Shown: positions 11,207 through 22,343, numbered from the stretch's first letter. The stretch: 64,000 nucleotides of DNA from Granulicella sp. (GCA_027339965.1 DAHWNL010000014.1:1-64000), one strand, 5' to 3'. Notes: generated by a model from the sequence alone, not told the origin. Numbers and translations are program-made.

Positions 11207-14200
11207 TGCGCGCCCTCCGGAGTTGCGGTAAACAGCCGAGCCCGCTTGTCTCCCTGAATTTTTAGGCGCAGGTTATCCATGAACAGATAGATCACCGGGG
11301 TGGTGAACAGTGTCAGCGCCTGGCTTACGATGAGCCCGCCAATGATCGAGATTCCCAGCGGCCGACGCAGCTCTGAACCCATGCCTGTTCCCAGCGCCAG
11401 CGGCACGGCGCCGAACATCGCCGCCATGGTGGTCATCAGAATCGGCCGGAAACGGAGGAGGGAAGCCTCAAAGATGGCGTCGCGGGTGTTCTTGCCCTCC
11501 ACGCGCTCGGCATGGAGGGCAAAGTCGATCATCATGATGGCATTCTTTTTGACGATGCCGATGAGCAGGATGATGCCGATGATTGACATGACGTCCAACT
11601 CGGTGTGGGTGATGCGCAAGGCCAGCATAGCCCCCAGGCTTGCCGGAGGCAGTGTGGAGAGGATGGTGATGGGGTGCACGAGGCTCTCATACAGAATGCC
11701 GAGCACAATGTAGACCGCCAGCACCGCAGCTAGCACCAGGTAGGGTTCGGTCCTGAGCGACTGCTTGTACGCCTCCAGCGTTCCAGCATACTCGCCGTGG
11801 ACGGTATCCGGCACGTCCAGGCTGTCTTCGATTTGATTGATCTCATCTGTCGCCTGGCTAAGCGAGACGCCGGGGGCGAGGTTGAAGCTGATGGTTACCG
11901 ACGGAAAAAGCCCAGTGTGGTTGACTTGCAGCGGAGTGGTGGATGGCGAGTAGTTCATCACGGAGTCGAGAGGGACGGCCAGGCCTCCCTGGGTTGGAAT
12001 GAGGTAGGTCTTCTTCAGATCGTCCGGCGATTGCCAGTACTTGGGCGCCACCTCCATCACGACGTAGTACTGGTTCAGTTCGGTATCGATGACGGATACT
12101 TCGGCCTGCCCGAAGGCGTCATACAGGGTTTGATCCATCAGGCTCGGGGTGATTCCCAGCCGCTCGGCAGTAGGTCGATCATAAGTGAGCAGGGCTTGCA
12201 GACCTTTGTCCTGTAGATCCGTGTTGACATCACTGAATCCCGGAGCCTTGCGCATCCGATCCAGCAACTCCGGGCCATACTTCTGCAGATCAGCCATCGT
12301 CTCGGCACTCAGGGTGTACTGGTACAGGGCGGCCGTCATGCGTCCGCCGATGCGGATGTCCTGCACCGCCTGTAGATAGGTGGCTGCTCCCGGCACCTTG
12401 GCTAGTTGAGGGCGTAGACGGTCGATGATCTGGGCGGCGCTCGCGTTGCGCTGGCTCAACGGTTTGAGCGCAATGAACGTGAAGGCCCCGTTGGTGGCGC
12501 CAAAGCCTCCCGTGAACGCCATGGCGTTCTGTACGCCCGGGTCGTGGCTGATGATCAGGTTGGCCGCGTGTACGGCCTTGCTCATCGCATAAAACGAGAG
12601 GTCCTGCGGTCCCTGCATCTGTCCCATCAAAATGCCCGTATCCTGTTGCGGGAAGAATCCCGTGGGAGCCTTGCGGACCATATACACGTTCAGCACCAGG
12701 ACTGCAACGAAGACCGCCAGCATGAGCGCGGGGTGATCGAGCACCCACGGGAGCGATCTTCGGTAACCTTCCAGCAAGCCCTTAAAGAACTTTTCGCTGG
12801 CCTTGTAGATCCGGCCGTGCTTCAGCTCCTCCTCCGGGCGCATCACCCGCGAGCACATCATCGGGGTGGTGGTCAGCGAGATCACCATAGAGACCAAGAT
12901 GGCTGTGGAGAGAGTGATGGCGAACTCGCGGAACAGCCGTCCCAGGATGCCGCCCATCAGCAGAATGGGGATAAACACGGCAATCAGCGAGACGCTGATG
13001 GAGAAGACGGTGAAGCCGATCTCTTCGGCACCCTTGAGCGCAGCCTTCACCGGAGTCATTCCGGCCTCCACATGACGGGCGATGTTTTCCATCACCACAA
13101 TGGCATCGTCCACGACAAAGCCGCTGGCAATGGCCAGCGCCATCAGAGACAAGTTGTCCAGCGAGAAGCCGCAAAGGTACATCACTGAGCAGGTGCCGAT
13201 CAGCGATACGGGAACCGCGACGGCGGGAACAAACGTGGCCGGAATGCTGCGTAAAAAGACGAACACCACAAGGATGACCAGCAGCACCGAGATGATCAGG
13301 GTGATCTCGATGTCATGTACGGAGGCTCGAATGGTCTGCGTGTGGTCGAGGATGGTAAAGATGTGTTCGCCCCGTGGAATGGAAGCTTGCAGGGATGGAA
13401 GCGCCGCCTTGATCGCGTCGACGGTCGTGATGACATTTACGCCCGGCTGCTTGTAGATGATCAGGTTGACCGAGGGTCCGCCATTCAGATAGCCGGCTTG
13501 GCGGATCGACTGCTGGGAGTCGATGACGTCGGCGATATCCTCCAGCCGCACGGCCCCGCCGTTGTGGTAGCCGACGATGAGCGGGCGGTAGAGGGCCGCC
13601 ATGGAGATCTGATCGTTAGTGATGATGTCGGCGGTGTGGTCGCCGCTGGAGAGCTGCCCCACGGCCATATCGGCGTTCTGCCCGCCAAGAACCGCCTGAA
13701 CGTTTGACAGGTTGATGCCGTAGCTATTCATCAGCGTCGGATTGAGTTCGACGCGCACCGCGGGCAGCGAAGCTCCCACCACGCGCACATATCCGACGCC
13801 ATAGATCTGCGAGATGCGCTGAGAGAGCACCGTGGATGCCGCATCATAGAGCTGCTCAACATCATAGATCTTGGAGTTGAGGCCGATCACCATGATTGGG
13901 GCGTCGGCCGGATTCACCAGCCTCCAGGTAGGATTCTGGGGAAGGTTCGAGGGTAGATAGGTGGCGGCGGCGTTGATCCCGGCCTGCACATCGCGAGCGG
14001 CTCCGTCGATATCCCGGTTCAGGTCGAAGACCAGGGTGATGCTGGTGCTGCCCAGCGCGCTGGAGGAGGTCATCTCGTTGATACCGGCGATGTGCGCGAA
14101 CTGCCGTTCCAGCGGTGTCGCCACGGAGGACGCCATGATGTCCGGGCTGGCTCCGGGCAGTGCGGCGGAGACGCTGATCGCGGGGAAGTCCACCTGCGGC

Positions 14201-14310
14201 AGCGGAGCCACGGGCAAGACGGCAAAGGCGGCGCTGCCGGCGATGGCGACGGCGATCGTCAACAGCGTGGTGGCCACCGGCCGTTCGATGAAGATCCGTG
14301 AGGGGTTCAT
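11203..14310 (-). CDS. mdtC: RND efflux permease, MdtC-like
   Basis: FIERPVATTLL, PLPQVDFP, GFVVDDAIVV and RFRPILMTT; 1035 aa; second of an RND pair. Confidence 0.9.
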   Translation of the reverse strand: MNPSRIFIERPVATTLLTIAVAIAGSAAFAVLPVAPLPQVDFPAISVSAALPGASPDIMASSVATPLERQFAHIAGINEMTSSSALGSTSITLVFDLNRDIDGAARDVQAGINAAATYLPSNLPQNPTWRLVNPADAPIMVIGLNSKIYDVEQLYDAASTVLSQRISQIYGVGYVRVVGASLPAVRVELNPTLMNSYGINLSNVQAVLGGQNADMAVGQLSSGDHTADIITNDQISMAALYRPLIVGYHNGGAVRLEDIADVIDSQQSIRQAGYLNGGPSVNLIIYKQPGVNVITTVDAIKAALPSLQASIPRGEHIFTILDHTQTIRASVHDIEITLIISVLLVILVVFVFLRSIPATFVPAVAVPVSLIGTCSVMYLCGFSLDNLSLMALAIASGFVVDDAIVVMENIARHVEAGMTPVKAALKGAEEIGFTVFSISVSLIAVFIPILLMGGILGRLFREFAITLSTAILVSMVISLTTTPMMCSRVMRPEEELKHGRIYKASEKFFKGLLEGYRRSLPWVLDHPALMLAVFVAVLVLNVYMVRKAPTGFFPQQDTGILMGQMQGPQDLSFYAMSKAVHAANLIISHDPGVQNAMAFTGGFGATNGAFTFIALKPLSQRNASAAQIIDRLRPQLAKVPGAATYLQAVQDIRIGGRMTAALYQYTLSAETMADLQKYGPELLDRMRKAPGFSDVNTDLQDKGLQALLTYDRPTAERLGITPSLMDQTLYDAFGQAEVSVIDTELNQYYVVMEVAPKYWQSPDDLKKTYLIPTQGGLAVPLDSVMNYSPSTTPLQVNHTGLFPSVTISFNLAPGVSLSQATDEINQIEDSLDVPDTVHGEYAGTLEAYKQSLRTEPYLVLAAVLAVYIVLGILYESLVHPITILSTLPPASLGAMLALRITHTELDVMSIIGIILLIGIVKKNAIMMIDFALHAERVEGKNTRDAIFEASLLRFRPILMTTMAAMFGAVPLALGTGMGSELRRPLGISIIGGLIVSQALTLFTTPVIYLFMDNLRLKIQGDKRARLFTATPEGAQ

Positions 14311-17300
14311 GCCGGTGTCACCTCATGGTTGGCCTCTCCATCCGTTCCGCCACTTTCGTTCTTCTTCCGGCCGCCGCCAAACCAGTTTGCGAGGTTATCA
14401 AAGAAAATGTAGATCACCGGCGTGGTATAGAGAGTCAAGACCTGGCTGATGAGCAGGCCGCCCACCATGGCCACGCCCAGTGGCTTGCGTAACTCGTGCC
14501 CGATTCCGGTTCCAAAAGCCAGCGGAATGCCACTGAGCAGGGCCGCCATGGTGGTCATCAGGATGGGGCGGAAGCGCAGCAGCGAAGCCTGGTAGATAGC
14601 CTCCGTAGCGTTCAGGCCGTGCTCGCGCTCGCCCTCCAGCGCGAAGTCCACCATCATGATGCCATTCTTCTTCACGATGCCGATCAGAAGGATGATGCCG
14701 ATGACGGCCACGACGTCCAGATCCAGGTGAAAGAGCTGAAGCGCCAGCAGCGCGCCCACTCCCGCCGAGGGCAGGGTGGAGAGGATGGTGATCGGATGGA
14801 TGAAGCTCTCATAGAGCACACCCAGCACGATGTACACCACGACCAGAGCGGCCAGAATCAGCAAGCCTTCATTGGAGAGAGATTCTTCAAACGCCGCCGC
14901 GGTGCCCTGGTAGTTGGAGACCACGCTGGCCGGCACCTTCTGCTCGTCCAGCACCCGATTGAATGCGTCCAGCGCCTCGCCCAGGGAGTAGCCGGGGGCG
15001 AGATTGAAGGAGATGGTGACGGATGGGAACTGACCCATGTGGTTGACGGAGAGCGCCTCACTGGTGGGCACAAACCGGGCAATCGCGCTGAGCGGCACTG
15101 GTGTTGGCTCAGTCTGGCTGGTGCTTGACGCGCCTGACCCTCCGCCTCCACCGGAGCCACCAGTGCCGGAGGCGCCCGTGCTGGAGGAGGTGGCCGGACG
15201 GGAGGTGCCATTCAGCGCGGTGTTGAGGCTCGAAGAGGTTCCAGTACTGGTGCTCAGGTTGGAGAGGACTGTCTGAACCGTGGAGGAGGAGGAAGCGGTA
15301 GATAGCGCCGATGTGGGACTGACGCTAGCCGTCGCCAGGCTGAAGGCCGAATTTTGTGAAGACAGCGCCGAGGTGGAGGAGGCGGAGGCGGAGATTCCGT
15401 TGGTCTCCGAAGGGGTGAGGATGGAGGTGGTCGCCGCGGTCGATGCATTTCCTGCGCCGGCCGAGGATCCCTGGGTGCTGGATGGGGTTGGTGGCACAAT
15501 TCCGGTTGACGTGGATTGCACGTAGAGGTCGTTGAGCATGTGCGGGTCCAGTTGGAACTTTGGGACCGTCTCCAGAATCACGTGATACTGGTTCAGCTCG
15601 GTGAAGGTGATATTGACCTCACGCTGCCCGAAGGCGTCATAGAGCGTGTTGTCGATGGTCGCGGGGTTGATCCCAAAACGAGAGGCGGTCTCGCGATCGA
15701 TCAAAACCTCTTCGGCCGCCGCGCCCAGTTGCTGATCGGTGGCGACATCGGTGAGCTGGGGTAGCGTCTTGAGCCGGTCTACGAGCCGGGCCGTCACCCG
15801 GTTGAGCTCGGTCTTGTGTGGATCCTCCAGAGTGTACTGATACTCCGTTCGCGTGACGAGCGCATTCACGGTAAGATCCTGCACCGGTTGCATGTAGAGA
15901 GTGATGCCGGGGATGTTGCGCACCTCCTGGCTCAACCGGCCGATCACCGCGGTGACATCCATCTTGCGCTGTTGCAGCGGCTTCAGATTGATCTCGATCC
16001 GGCCGCTGTTGAGCGTTGTATTGGTCCCGTCCGCGCCGATGAACGAGGAGATTCCTTCGACGGCCGGGTCGGCCAGAATCACTCTGGCAATGTCCTGTTG
16101 TTTCTGCTCCATCTCCGGGAAGGAGATGGAGGGTGAAGCCTGGGTTATGCCCTGGATGATGCCCGTGTCCTGGACAGGGAAGAATCCCTTGGGGATCTCG
16201 ATGTACTGCACGATGGTGAGGATGAGTGTCCCGAGAGCCACCAGCAGGGTGGTCTTCTGGTAACGCAGCACCCAGCGCAGGGTGCGACCGTAGAAGGCGA
16301 TGATCGTCTCAAAGACCCGCTCGCTCTTGCGGTAGAACCATCCTTGCTCCCGATCCGGCTCATGTTTGAGAATGCGCGCGGACATCATGGGCGTCAGGGT
16401 AAGGGAGACGAACGCCGAGAAGATGATCGTCACCGCCAACGTCACAGCGAACTGGCGGAAGAGCCGCCCGGCGACGTCGCCCATGAAGAGCAGCGGGATG
16501 AGAACGGCGATCAGCGACACGGTCAGAGAAAGAATGGTGAACCCGATCTGCCTCGCACCGATCAGCGCGGCCTCCATGGGGGCCATGCCCTCTTCAATGA
16601 AGCGCGCGATGTTTTCGATCATCACGATGGCGTCGTCTACCACGAATCCGGTGGAGATGGTCAGCGCCATCATGGTGAGGTTGTTCAGGCTGTAGCCCAC
16701 CAGGTACATCACGCCGAAGGTGCCGATCAGCGACAGCGGCACGGCGATACTGGGAATGATGGTGGCCGACAAACTGCGCAGGAAGAGGAAGATGACCATG
16801 ACCACGAGCGCGATAACCAGCATCAGCTCGAACTCGACGTCATCGACCGAGGCGCGAATGTCCATGGTTCGGTCGGTGATGACCCTGACGTGTACGCTTC
16901 GGGGCAGTCCGGCCTCAAGATGGGGCAGCAGCTTCTGAATCGTGTCCACCACCTGGATGGTGTTGGCGTTGGGCTGCCTCTGGATGTTCATGATCACGGC
17001 CGGCGTGGCATCGCTCCACGCGGCCAGCTTGTTGTTCTCCACGCCATCGATCACGCGCCCCAGATCGGTGAGCATCACCGGTGCGCCGTTGCGGTAGGCT
17101 ACAACAACGGATTTGTAATCCGCCGCGGTCAGCAACTGGTCGTTGGAGTTGATGGTGTAATCCTGGGTCGGACCATCAAAGTTGCCCTTGGCGCTGTCCA
17201 GGCTGTTGGCCGTCAGGGCGTTGCGCACATCCTCCAGATTGATGCCGTAAGCCGCCAGTTGGGTGGGATCCACCTGGATGCGCACCGCCGGCTTCTCTCC

Positions 17301-17837
17301 TCCGGAGATGCTCACCAGGCCGACGCCGGAGACCTGGGAGATCTTGGGAGAGAGCACCGTGTCCGCCAGGTCTTCCACCTTGGACAAGGGTATGGTCTTG
17401 GATGTCAGCGCCAGCGTGAGCACGGGAGCATCGGCAGGATTGGACTTGCTGTAGACCGGGGGCGCGGGCAGGTCCGCAGGCAGATAACTCTGCGCGGCGT
17501 CGATCGCCTCCTGCACCTCCTCCTCGGCGACGTCAATGTTCAGGCTGAGCTGGAACTGCATGACGATGATCGACGACCCGCCTGAACTGGTGGAGGTCAT
17601 CTCGCTCAGCCCTGGAACCTGGCCAAACTCTCGCTCCAGTGGTGCGGTCACCGCGGTTGCCACGACCTCGGGACTGGCTCCGGGGTAGAACGTGATCACC
17701 TGAATGGTGGGATAGTCCACCTCCGGCAGCGCTGACACCGGCAGTTGGAAGAAGGCAACTCCACCAGCCAGAAAGATCGCCGCCATCAGAAGGGCCGTCG
17801 CAACCGGACGGAGAATAAATGGGCGTGAGGGACTCAT
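14307..17837 (-). CDS. mdtB: RND efflux permease, MdtB-like, with a large Ser/Thr/Gly insertion
   Basis: MSPSRPFILRPVAT, ALPEVDYPTIQV, GFVVDDAIVM and RFRPILMTT; 1176 aa. Confidence 0.9.
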   Translation of the reverse strand: MSPSRPFILRPVATALLMAAIFLAGGVAFFQLPVSALPEVDYPTIQVITFYPGASPEVVATAVTAPLEREFGQVPGLSEMTSTSSGGSSIIVMQFQLSLNIDVAEEEVQEAIDAAQSYLPADLPAPPVYSKSNPADAPVLTLALTSKTIPLSKVEDLADTVLSPKISQVSGVGLVSISGGEKPAVRIQVDPTQLAAYGINLEDVRNALTANSLDSAKGNFDGPTQDYTINSNDQLLTAADYKSVVVAYRNGAPVMLTDLGRVIDGVENNKLAAWSDATPAVIMNIQRQPNANTIQVVDTIQKLLPHLEAGLPRSVHVRVITDRTMDIRASVDDVEFELMLVIALVVMVIFLFLRSLSATIIPSIAVPLSLIGTFGVMYLVGYSLNNLTMMALTISTGFVVDDAIVMIENIARFIEEGMAPMEAALIGARQIGFTILSLTVSLIAVLIPLLFMGDVAGRLFRQFAVTLAVTIIFSAFVSLTLTPMMSARILKHEPDREQGWFYRKSERVFETIIAFYGRTLRWVLRYQKTTLLVALGTLILTIVQYIEIPKGFFPVQDTGIIQGITQASPSISFPEMEQKQQDIARVILADPAVEGISSFIGADGTNTTLNSGRIEINLKPLQQRKMDVTAVIGRLSQEVRNIPGITLYMQPVQDLTVNALVTRTEYQYTLEDPHKTELNRVTARLVDRLKTLPQLTDVATDQQLGAAAEEVLIDRETASRFGINPATIDNTLYDAFGQREVNITFTELNQYHVILETVPKFQLDPHMLNDLYVQSTSTGIVPPTPSSTQGSSAGAGNASTAATTSILTPSETNGISASASSTSALSSQNSAFSLATASVSPTSALSTASSSSTVQTVLSNLSTSTGTSSSLNTALNGTSRPATSSSTGASGTGGSGGGGGSGASSTSQTEPTPVPLSAIARFVPTSEALSVNHMGQFPSVTISFNLAPGYSLGEALDAFNRVLDEQKVPASVVSNYQGTAAAFEESLSNEGLLILAALVVVYIVLGVLYESFIHPITILSTLPSAGVGALLALQLFHLDLDVVAVIGIILLIGIVKKNGIMMVDFALEGEREHGLNATEAIYQASLLRFRPILMTTMAALLSGIPLAFGTGIGHELRKPLGVAMVGGLLISQVLTLYTTPVIYIFFDNLANWFGGGRKKNESGGTDGEANHEVTPA

Positions 17838-19261
17838 GCGTCTCTGCTACCACCTGTCAATGGGCCCTTGGATACAGAGGCGGCCGAAGCAGAGGATGGG
17901 GAGCGGGGCGGAACCTGCGGAGTGGGCGGAACGGAGGCTCCAGAGGGACGGGAAGACCCCGGTCCCAATCCGCGGGTGCGCCTGTTTTCACGCGGCCTCT
18001 GGTGTACCTGCACCTTGGCGCCATCTTCCAGACGGTCGAATCCGCTGATCGCCACGGTTACGCCCGGGCTGATGCCTGTCACCGCCGTCAGTAGATCGTT
18101 GCCGGTAACCACCTGCACCGGATGCACGCTGACGGTCTGGTCCGGGTTGACGATGTAGACGAAGGCAGCCATGCCGTTGTACTGCACGGCTGCGGTTGGA
18201 GCCAGGGTGGCGTTGGTGAGGGTCTTCACCAGCAAGCGAGCATTTACAAACTGGTTGGGAAATAACGCCAGATCGCGGTTAGGGAACGTGGCGCGAAACT
18301 TCACGGTGCCGGTGGTTGTATCCACCTCGTTGTCCAGCGCGATGAGCTTGCCGGTCGCCAAATCCTTCACATCCTCGCGGTCGAAGGCGTCCACCCGCAT
18401 GGCGTGATTGTTTTTGAGCTGTGCCTGCACCTCCGGCAGATCATCCTCGGAGACCTCGAAGACCACGGTGATGGGCTGCAACTGGGTGACAACCACAAGG
18501 GTGGAGTTGCTCCCGGAGAAGACGGTATTTCCCGGGTCCACAAGGCGCAATCCCACACGCCCGTCGATGGGAGAGACGATGTGGCAGTAGGAGAGCTCCA
18601 CCTTGTCGTAAGCAACCGTCCCCTCATCCTGCTTCACGGTTCCCTGGTCCTGGATGACCATCTTTTCCTGGTCATCGAGTTCCTGCTTCTGAATGGCGTT
18701 CTGCGCCCATGCCTCGCGATAGCGCTGCAGGTCCATCTGGGCCTCCGCAAGCACGCCCTGGTCGTGCAACAGCTCACCCTCCGCGGCTTCCAGCGTGGTC
18801 TGGTAGGGCCGTGGATCGATGTCTACCAGAGGGTCGCCCTTGTGCACATACTGCCCCTCCTGATAATGGACCGCGGTCACAATGCCGGTGACCTGGCTGT
18901 AGAGTGTGATCGTGTAGACGGGCGTCACGGTGCCCAGGGCTTCTACGTACTCGTTGATGCTGCCGGCGGTGATCTGGCCGACAGTGATCGCGGCCGGACC
19001 GCTACCGAAGCGGCTGGCCTGGCCTGCCGCCGGAGTGCTGCCCGCAGGGGGTTTCGTCAGCCAGTAGAGCAGAGCTATCCCCAGCAGCGCCACGGTTGCC
19101 AGCGTGATCCAGATTCTCTTGTGGGACTTCTTCTCCGTTCTCTCATCCGATGAAAGAGCGCGCTCGTGAAGCGCCGGCCTTACCTCGTCACCGCGTGATG
19201 CTGAAGGCTGTCCCGCACCCTCGTCCTGCGGTCCACTGTTCCGGCTACCTTCCAAAGCCAT
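17834..19261 (-). CDS. mdtA: RND periplasmic adaptor, MdtA-like
   Basis: N-terminal TM; ALGTVTP, SPIDGRVGLRLVDPGN, DTTTGTVK and LFPNQFVNARL; ATGA overlap with mdtB. Confidence 0.9.
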   Translation of the reverse strand: MALEGSRNSGPQDEGAGQPSASRGDEVRPALHERALSSDERTEKKSHKRIWITLATVALLGIALLYWLTKPPAGSTPAAGQASRFGSGPAAITVGQITAGSINEYVEALGTVTPVYTITLYSQVTGIVTAVHYQEGQYVHKGDPLVDIDPRPYQTTLEAAEGELLHDQGVLAEAQMDLQRYREAWAQNAIQKQELDDQEKMVIQDQGTVKQDEGTVAYDKVELSYCHIVSPIDGRVGLRLVDPGNTVFSGSNSTLVVVTQLQPITVVFEVSEDDLPEVQAQLKNNHAMRVDAFDREDVKDLATGKLIALDNEVDTTTGTVKFRATFPNRDLALFPNQFVNARLLVKTLTNATLAPTAAVQYNGMAAFVYIVNPDQTVSVHPVQVVTGNDLLTAVTGISPGVTVAISGFDRLEDGAKVQVHQRPRENRRTRGLGPGSSRPSGASVPPTPQVPPRSPSSASAASVSKGPLTGGSRDA

Positions 19262-19615
19262 TCCGTAACCTCTTCCCTGTGAACTGTTTCAAATTGTGAT
19301 TGCTAACGTTGCGAAAAGAAGATCTTTACAACGTAGAGATGGTTCAACATCAAAAAAAGTTTCGCTGCATTCAGCATATCCTGAAGGATCTGCTTCGAAG
19401 CTCATGAAACCATGCGCGATCAGGGGGATTAGAATCATTTTGCGGTTCGAACATCGAGCGGGCTCAACCCCCAAGGAACGTAGTTTTGAAGGAGCCTGTG
19501 AGCGGCCGCGAGGCGGTGAGCAAATGTAGACAGGTTGGGCAAGGCCGAGCCTGGGCGGAGCCCGTCCCTGTGAGCCAAGTGATTCTCCAACCCCAAGCAA
19601 CTCCCCCGGAGCGCC

Positions 19616-20437
19616 ATGAACAACGCAAAGCCTGATCTTGAGACTGAGTTGACCACCCTCCGGCTTGCTCTGGACGGACCCATCGCTACCGTGACGCTCC
19701 ATCGGCCGGAGGTGCTGCATGCGATCAACGGCGTCATGTTCGATGAGCTCGAGGGTCTGTTCCATCGCCTGGCCGCTGACCCGGAGATCCGGGTGATGAT
19801 CGTCACTGGTAGCGGGGACCGCGCCTTTGCTGCGGGTGCAGATATCCGCGCCCTGGCGGAAACGGATGCAGTTACCGGCCGAGCTGCCGCCGAACGCGGC
19901 CATCATGTCTTTGGATTGATTCACTCTCAGTTGGAACGCGCCGGCAAGCCGGTGATCGCAGCCATCAACGGCGCGGCGTTGGGTGGGGGCTGCGAGCTGG
20001 CCCTGGCTTGTACGCTGCGCATCGCCAGTGAGTCCGCGCGTCTTGGATTTCCGGAGGTCAAGCTCGGCCTGATCCCAGGCTACGGAGGAACCCAGCGGCT
20101 GACCCGGCTGCTTGGCCGCAGCCGAGCGCTCCGCCTGATGCTCTCCGCTCAGATTGTGGACGCTGCCGAGGCGCTTCGCCTGGGTCTGGTGGACGAGGTG
20201 TTTTCGACTGCCGAGCTGCTTCCGCGGGCGCGGGTGCTGGCTGGCGCGATCGCTTCCATGGCTCCGCTGGCCGTTGAAGGTGTTCTTGAATCCGTGGCTC
20301 GGGGTGAAGAGCAGCGGTTGCCGGAGGCTCTTGCTACAGAGGCTGAGATCTTCGGCCGTCTGTGCGGGACGGCGGACAAGGAGGAGGGCTTGAGCGCATT
20401 TCTGGCCAAGCGTCCGCCTGTTTGGCAAGGCCGTTAG
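19616..20437 (+). CDS. Enoyl-CoA hydratase/crotonase
   Basis: AFAAGADI, GGGCELALAC and PEVKLGLIPGYGGTQRL, with both catalytic Glu present. Confidence 0.93.
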   Translation: MNNAKPDLETELTTLRLALDGPIATVTLHRPEVLHAINGVMFDELEGLFHRLAADPEIRVMIVTGSGDRAFAAGADIRALAETDAVTGRAAAERGHHVFGLIHSQLERAGKPVIAAINGAALGGGCELALACTLRIASESARLGFPEVKLGLIPGYGGTQRLTRLLGRSRALRLMLSAQIVDAAEALRLGLVDEVFSTAELLPRARVLAGAIASMAPLAVEGVLESVARGEEQRLPEALATEAEIFGRLCGTADKEEGLSAFLAKRPPVWQGR

Positions 20438-20647
20438 GGCAACCAGGATTCTTCCGGCGGCGGACGGCGAAGCCACCGGATGGTTGACGCCTTGTGCCTC
20501 ATCTTTCGTCTGAATGGATCTCCCGAGGCGGGCTGTTCGCGGAGTTTTCACTCCATTGCGGAAGACAAGCGTGTTGGGGAACCTCGCCGGCAGGAGAGGG
20601 TGCCATAGAAGGTCGAGTTATTGGGATCTGCCTGCACGGCAAAAGTT

Positions 20648-21718
20648 TCAGGGCTGGGCCGGCGCTGGGTGGTGCTTCCATCCCGTGGTGAACTTTCTAA
20701 GCACAAACTCCTCCATCAGATTTTCCATCGCATCGAAGGCGATTCCCAGGGAACCATTCTCAATGGTCAGTCCGGCGCCAGCGCGGTTGCTGGCCGGATA
20801 GTACAGGTTGGAGATTGCCCCTGACCCGAAGGATCCGAGAATGCTGGAGTACGCCGGTTGCCATTTGCCGTTATCGCCGCGCTGAATCACTGCTCGCGAG
20901 ATGGCATACCATGTACGATGCCGTATGGTTCCGGTGCCCAGGTAGAAGTATCGAGGATCCTGATGAAGGATTGTCGGGAGAATGGCAGCACCCAGCATTC
21001 TGCTGATCGATCGGGTCGCCAGTTCGGCGCCATAACGCTTGCCATAACCCTCCCATCCCCCTCCATACCCGCTGAACTGGTTGGTTTCCTGCTCAAAGCC
21101 GGCAATGCCTGCGGCGATGATAAAGGTCGTCGGGTCGAAGATGGAGCGAATGGCCAAGCGAAACTTCTGGCCGGGCGCGAGCGGCGCTGCGTTCCAGGTA
21201 TACGAGACATAGAAGTTCGGAAACGCTCCGAGTACGCGTTGTTTTTCCTCCTGCTTCATCTGTACCTCAGCCAACTGATGCTGAGTCAGTCCCGAGACGA
21301 CGACCTCATCGCTGACGGAAGCCATCAGTGCAATGGGAGGCAAATCCAGCGACTCGTCCTCATTTAGAGTTCCGGACTCGGTCCGGCTGTCCATTCCTTT
21401 GGCCTTAATCGTCAAGACGTAAGGGCCAGCCGCAACATGGGAAAAGTTGAACTTTCCGATTGCGTCCGTGACGGTGCTGCGCTTCTGTCCGCCACTACGC
21501 AGGATCACGGTGGCTCCCGGCAGGAGACCGCCAACCTGATCGGTAACGGTGCCGCCGAGTGTTCGCTCGTAGTCATCTTCGGTTTGGCTTTGAGAATCGG
21601 ATTTTTGAGAGATCTGAATCTGAGCTGGATCCGCCGGCCGGCTGGTGGTTGTTTGAGCCTCTGCTGGTCGCATCAAGCAGACCGGCAGAAAATAAAGCAG
21701 GGCGAGCGCACATCTCAT
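20648..21718 (-). CDS. Secreted protein with carboxypeptidase-regulatory-like domain and a hydrophobic C-terminal domain
   Basis: Signal peptide; GTVTDQVGGLLPGATV...TDAIGKFNF...GPYVLTIKAKG; C-terminal HQDPRYF. TATGCT lies 6 nt upstream of the ATG. Confidence 0.75.
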   Translation of the reverse strand: MRCALALLYFLPVCLMRPAEAQTTTSRPADPAQIQISQKSDSQSQTEDDYERTLGGTVTDQVGGLLPGATVILRSGGQKRSTVTDAIGKFNFSHVAAGPYVLTIKAKGMDSRTESGTLNEDESLDLPPIALMASVSDEVVVSGLTQHQLAEVQMKQEEKQRVLGAFPNFYVSYTWNAAPLAPGQKFRLAIRSIFDPTTFIIAAGIAGFEQETNQFSGYGGGWEGYGKRYGAELATRSISRMLGAAILPTILHQDPRYFYLGTGTIRHRTWYAISRAVIQRGDNGKWQPAYSSILGSFGSGAISNLYYPASNRAGAGLTIENGSLGIAFDAMENLMEEFVLRKFTTGWKHHPAPAQP

Positions 21719-22343
21719 TCCTTGAGCATAGCTGCTCCTCTCTTCTTCGACTCGCAGACCTCTCCCGAGAGCAATCTTCATCCAAACACCTTGAGGGCAA
21801 ATTCTTGTCGCAATAGTTATTCGACGTCCACAAAGTGAAGATGGGGGCTCTTCCAGAACGCGTTTGTTTGTTGATTTTTTCTCGCGCGGATGGTGGCGAG
21901 TCCCTACGATTACATAGTGTTCATCTAGTGATTCACGATCGAGCTTTACGGCAAGATGACAACCCAGACATCTTCTGGAAAGGCGCAGAGGGAGAGCCCG
22001 TAATCTCGATGAGTGTCTTCCCGCATGGGAGCCGCAACAGGCTTAAGTCATGGGTGGAAGAAAGACCTCGTCTCGCATCCGCGCTGGAACGTCTTTCAAC
22101 TCGGAATCTTTCATCGGGTGGTGATGCCGTCGGTCCGCTGTGCGGAGAGAGTCTTCTCGGAACGCGGTGGGTGAAGAGCGAAGGAGTGCCGAGACGCCGA
22201 CGAACAAGGATTGCCGTGGTGTCGCGCGATGGTGGCTGGTGGCTGATTCATGGATGCGGCGGATGGTTTCTGATGTGTGCCGGTGGGACAACTCGTGCCA
22301 CAGCGGCATGGCGCCGGCTGCATCCGCTTGGTATTCTCAACTG

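Noticed and set aside
16344..17585. Long antisense ORFs (also 19289-20551, 40582-41658, 56352-57401, 59297-60325)
   Set aside because: Shadow frames of well-supported high-GC genes, with no motifs.
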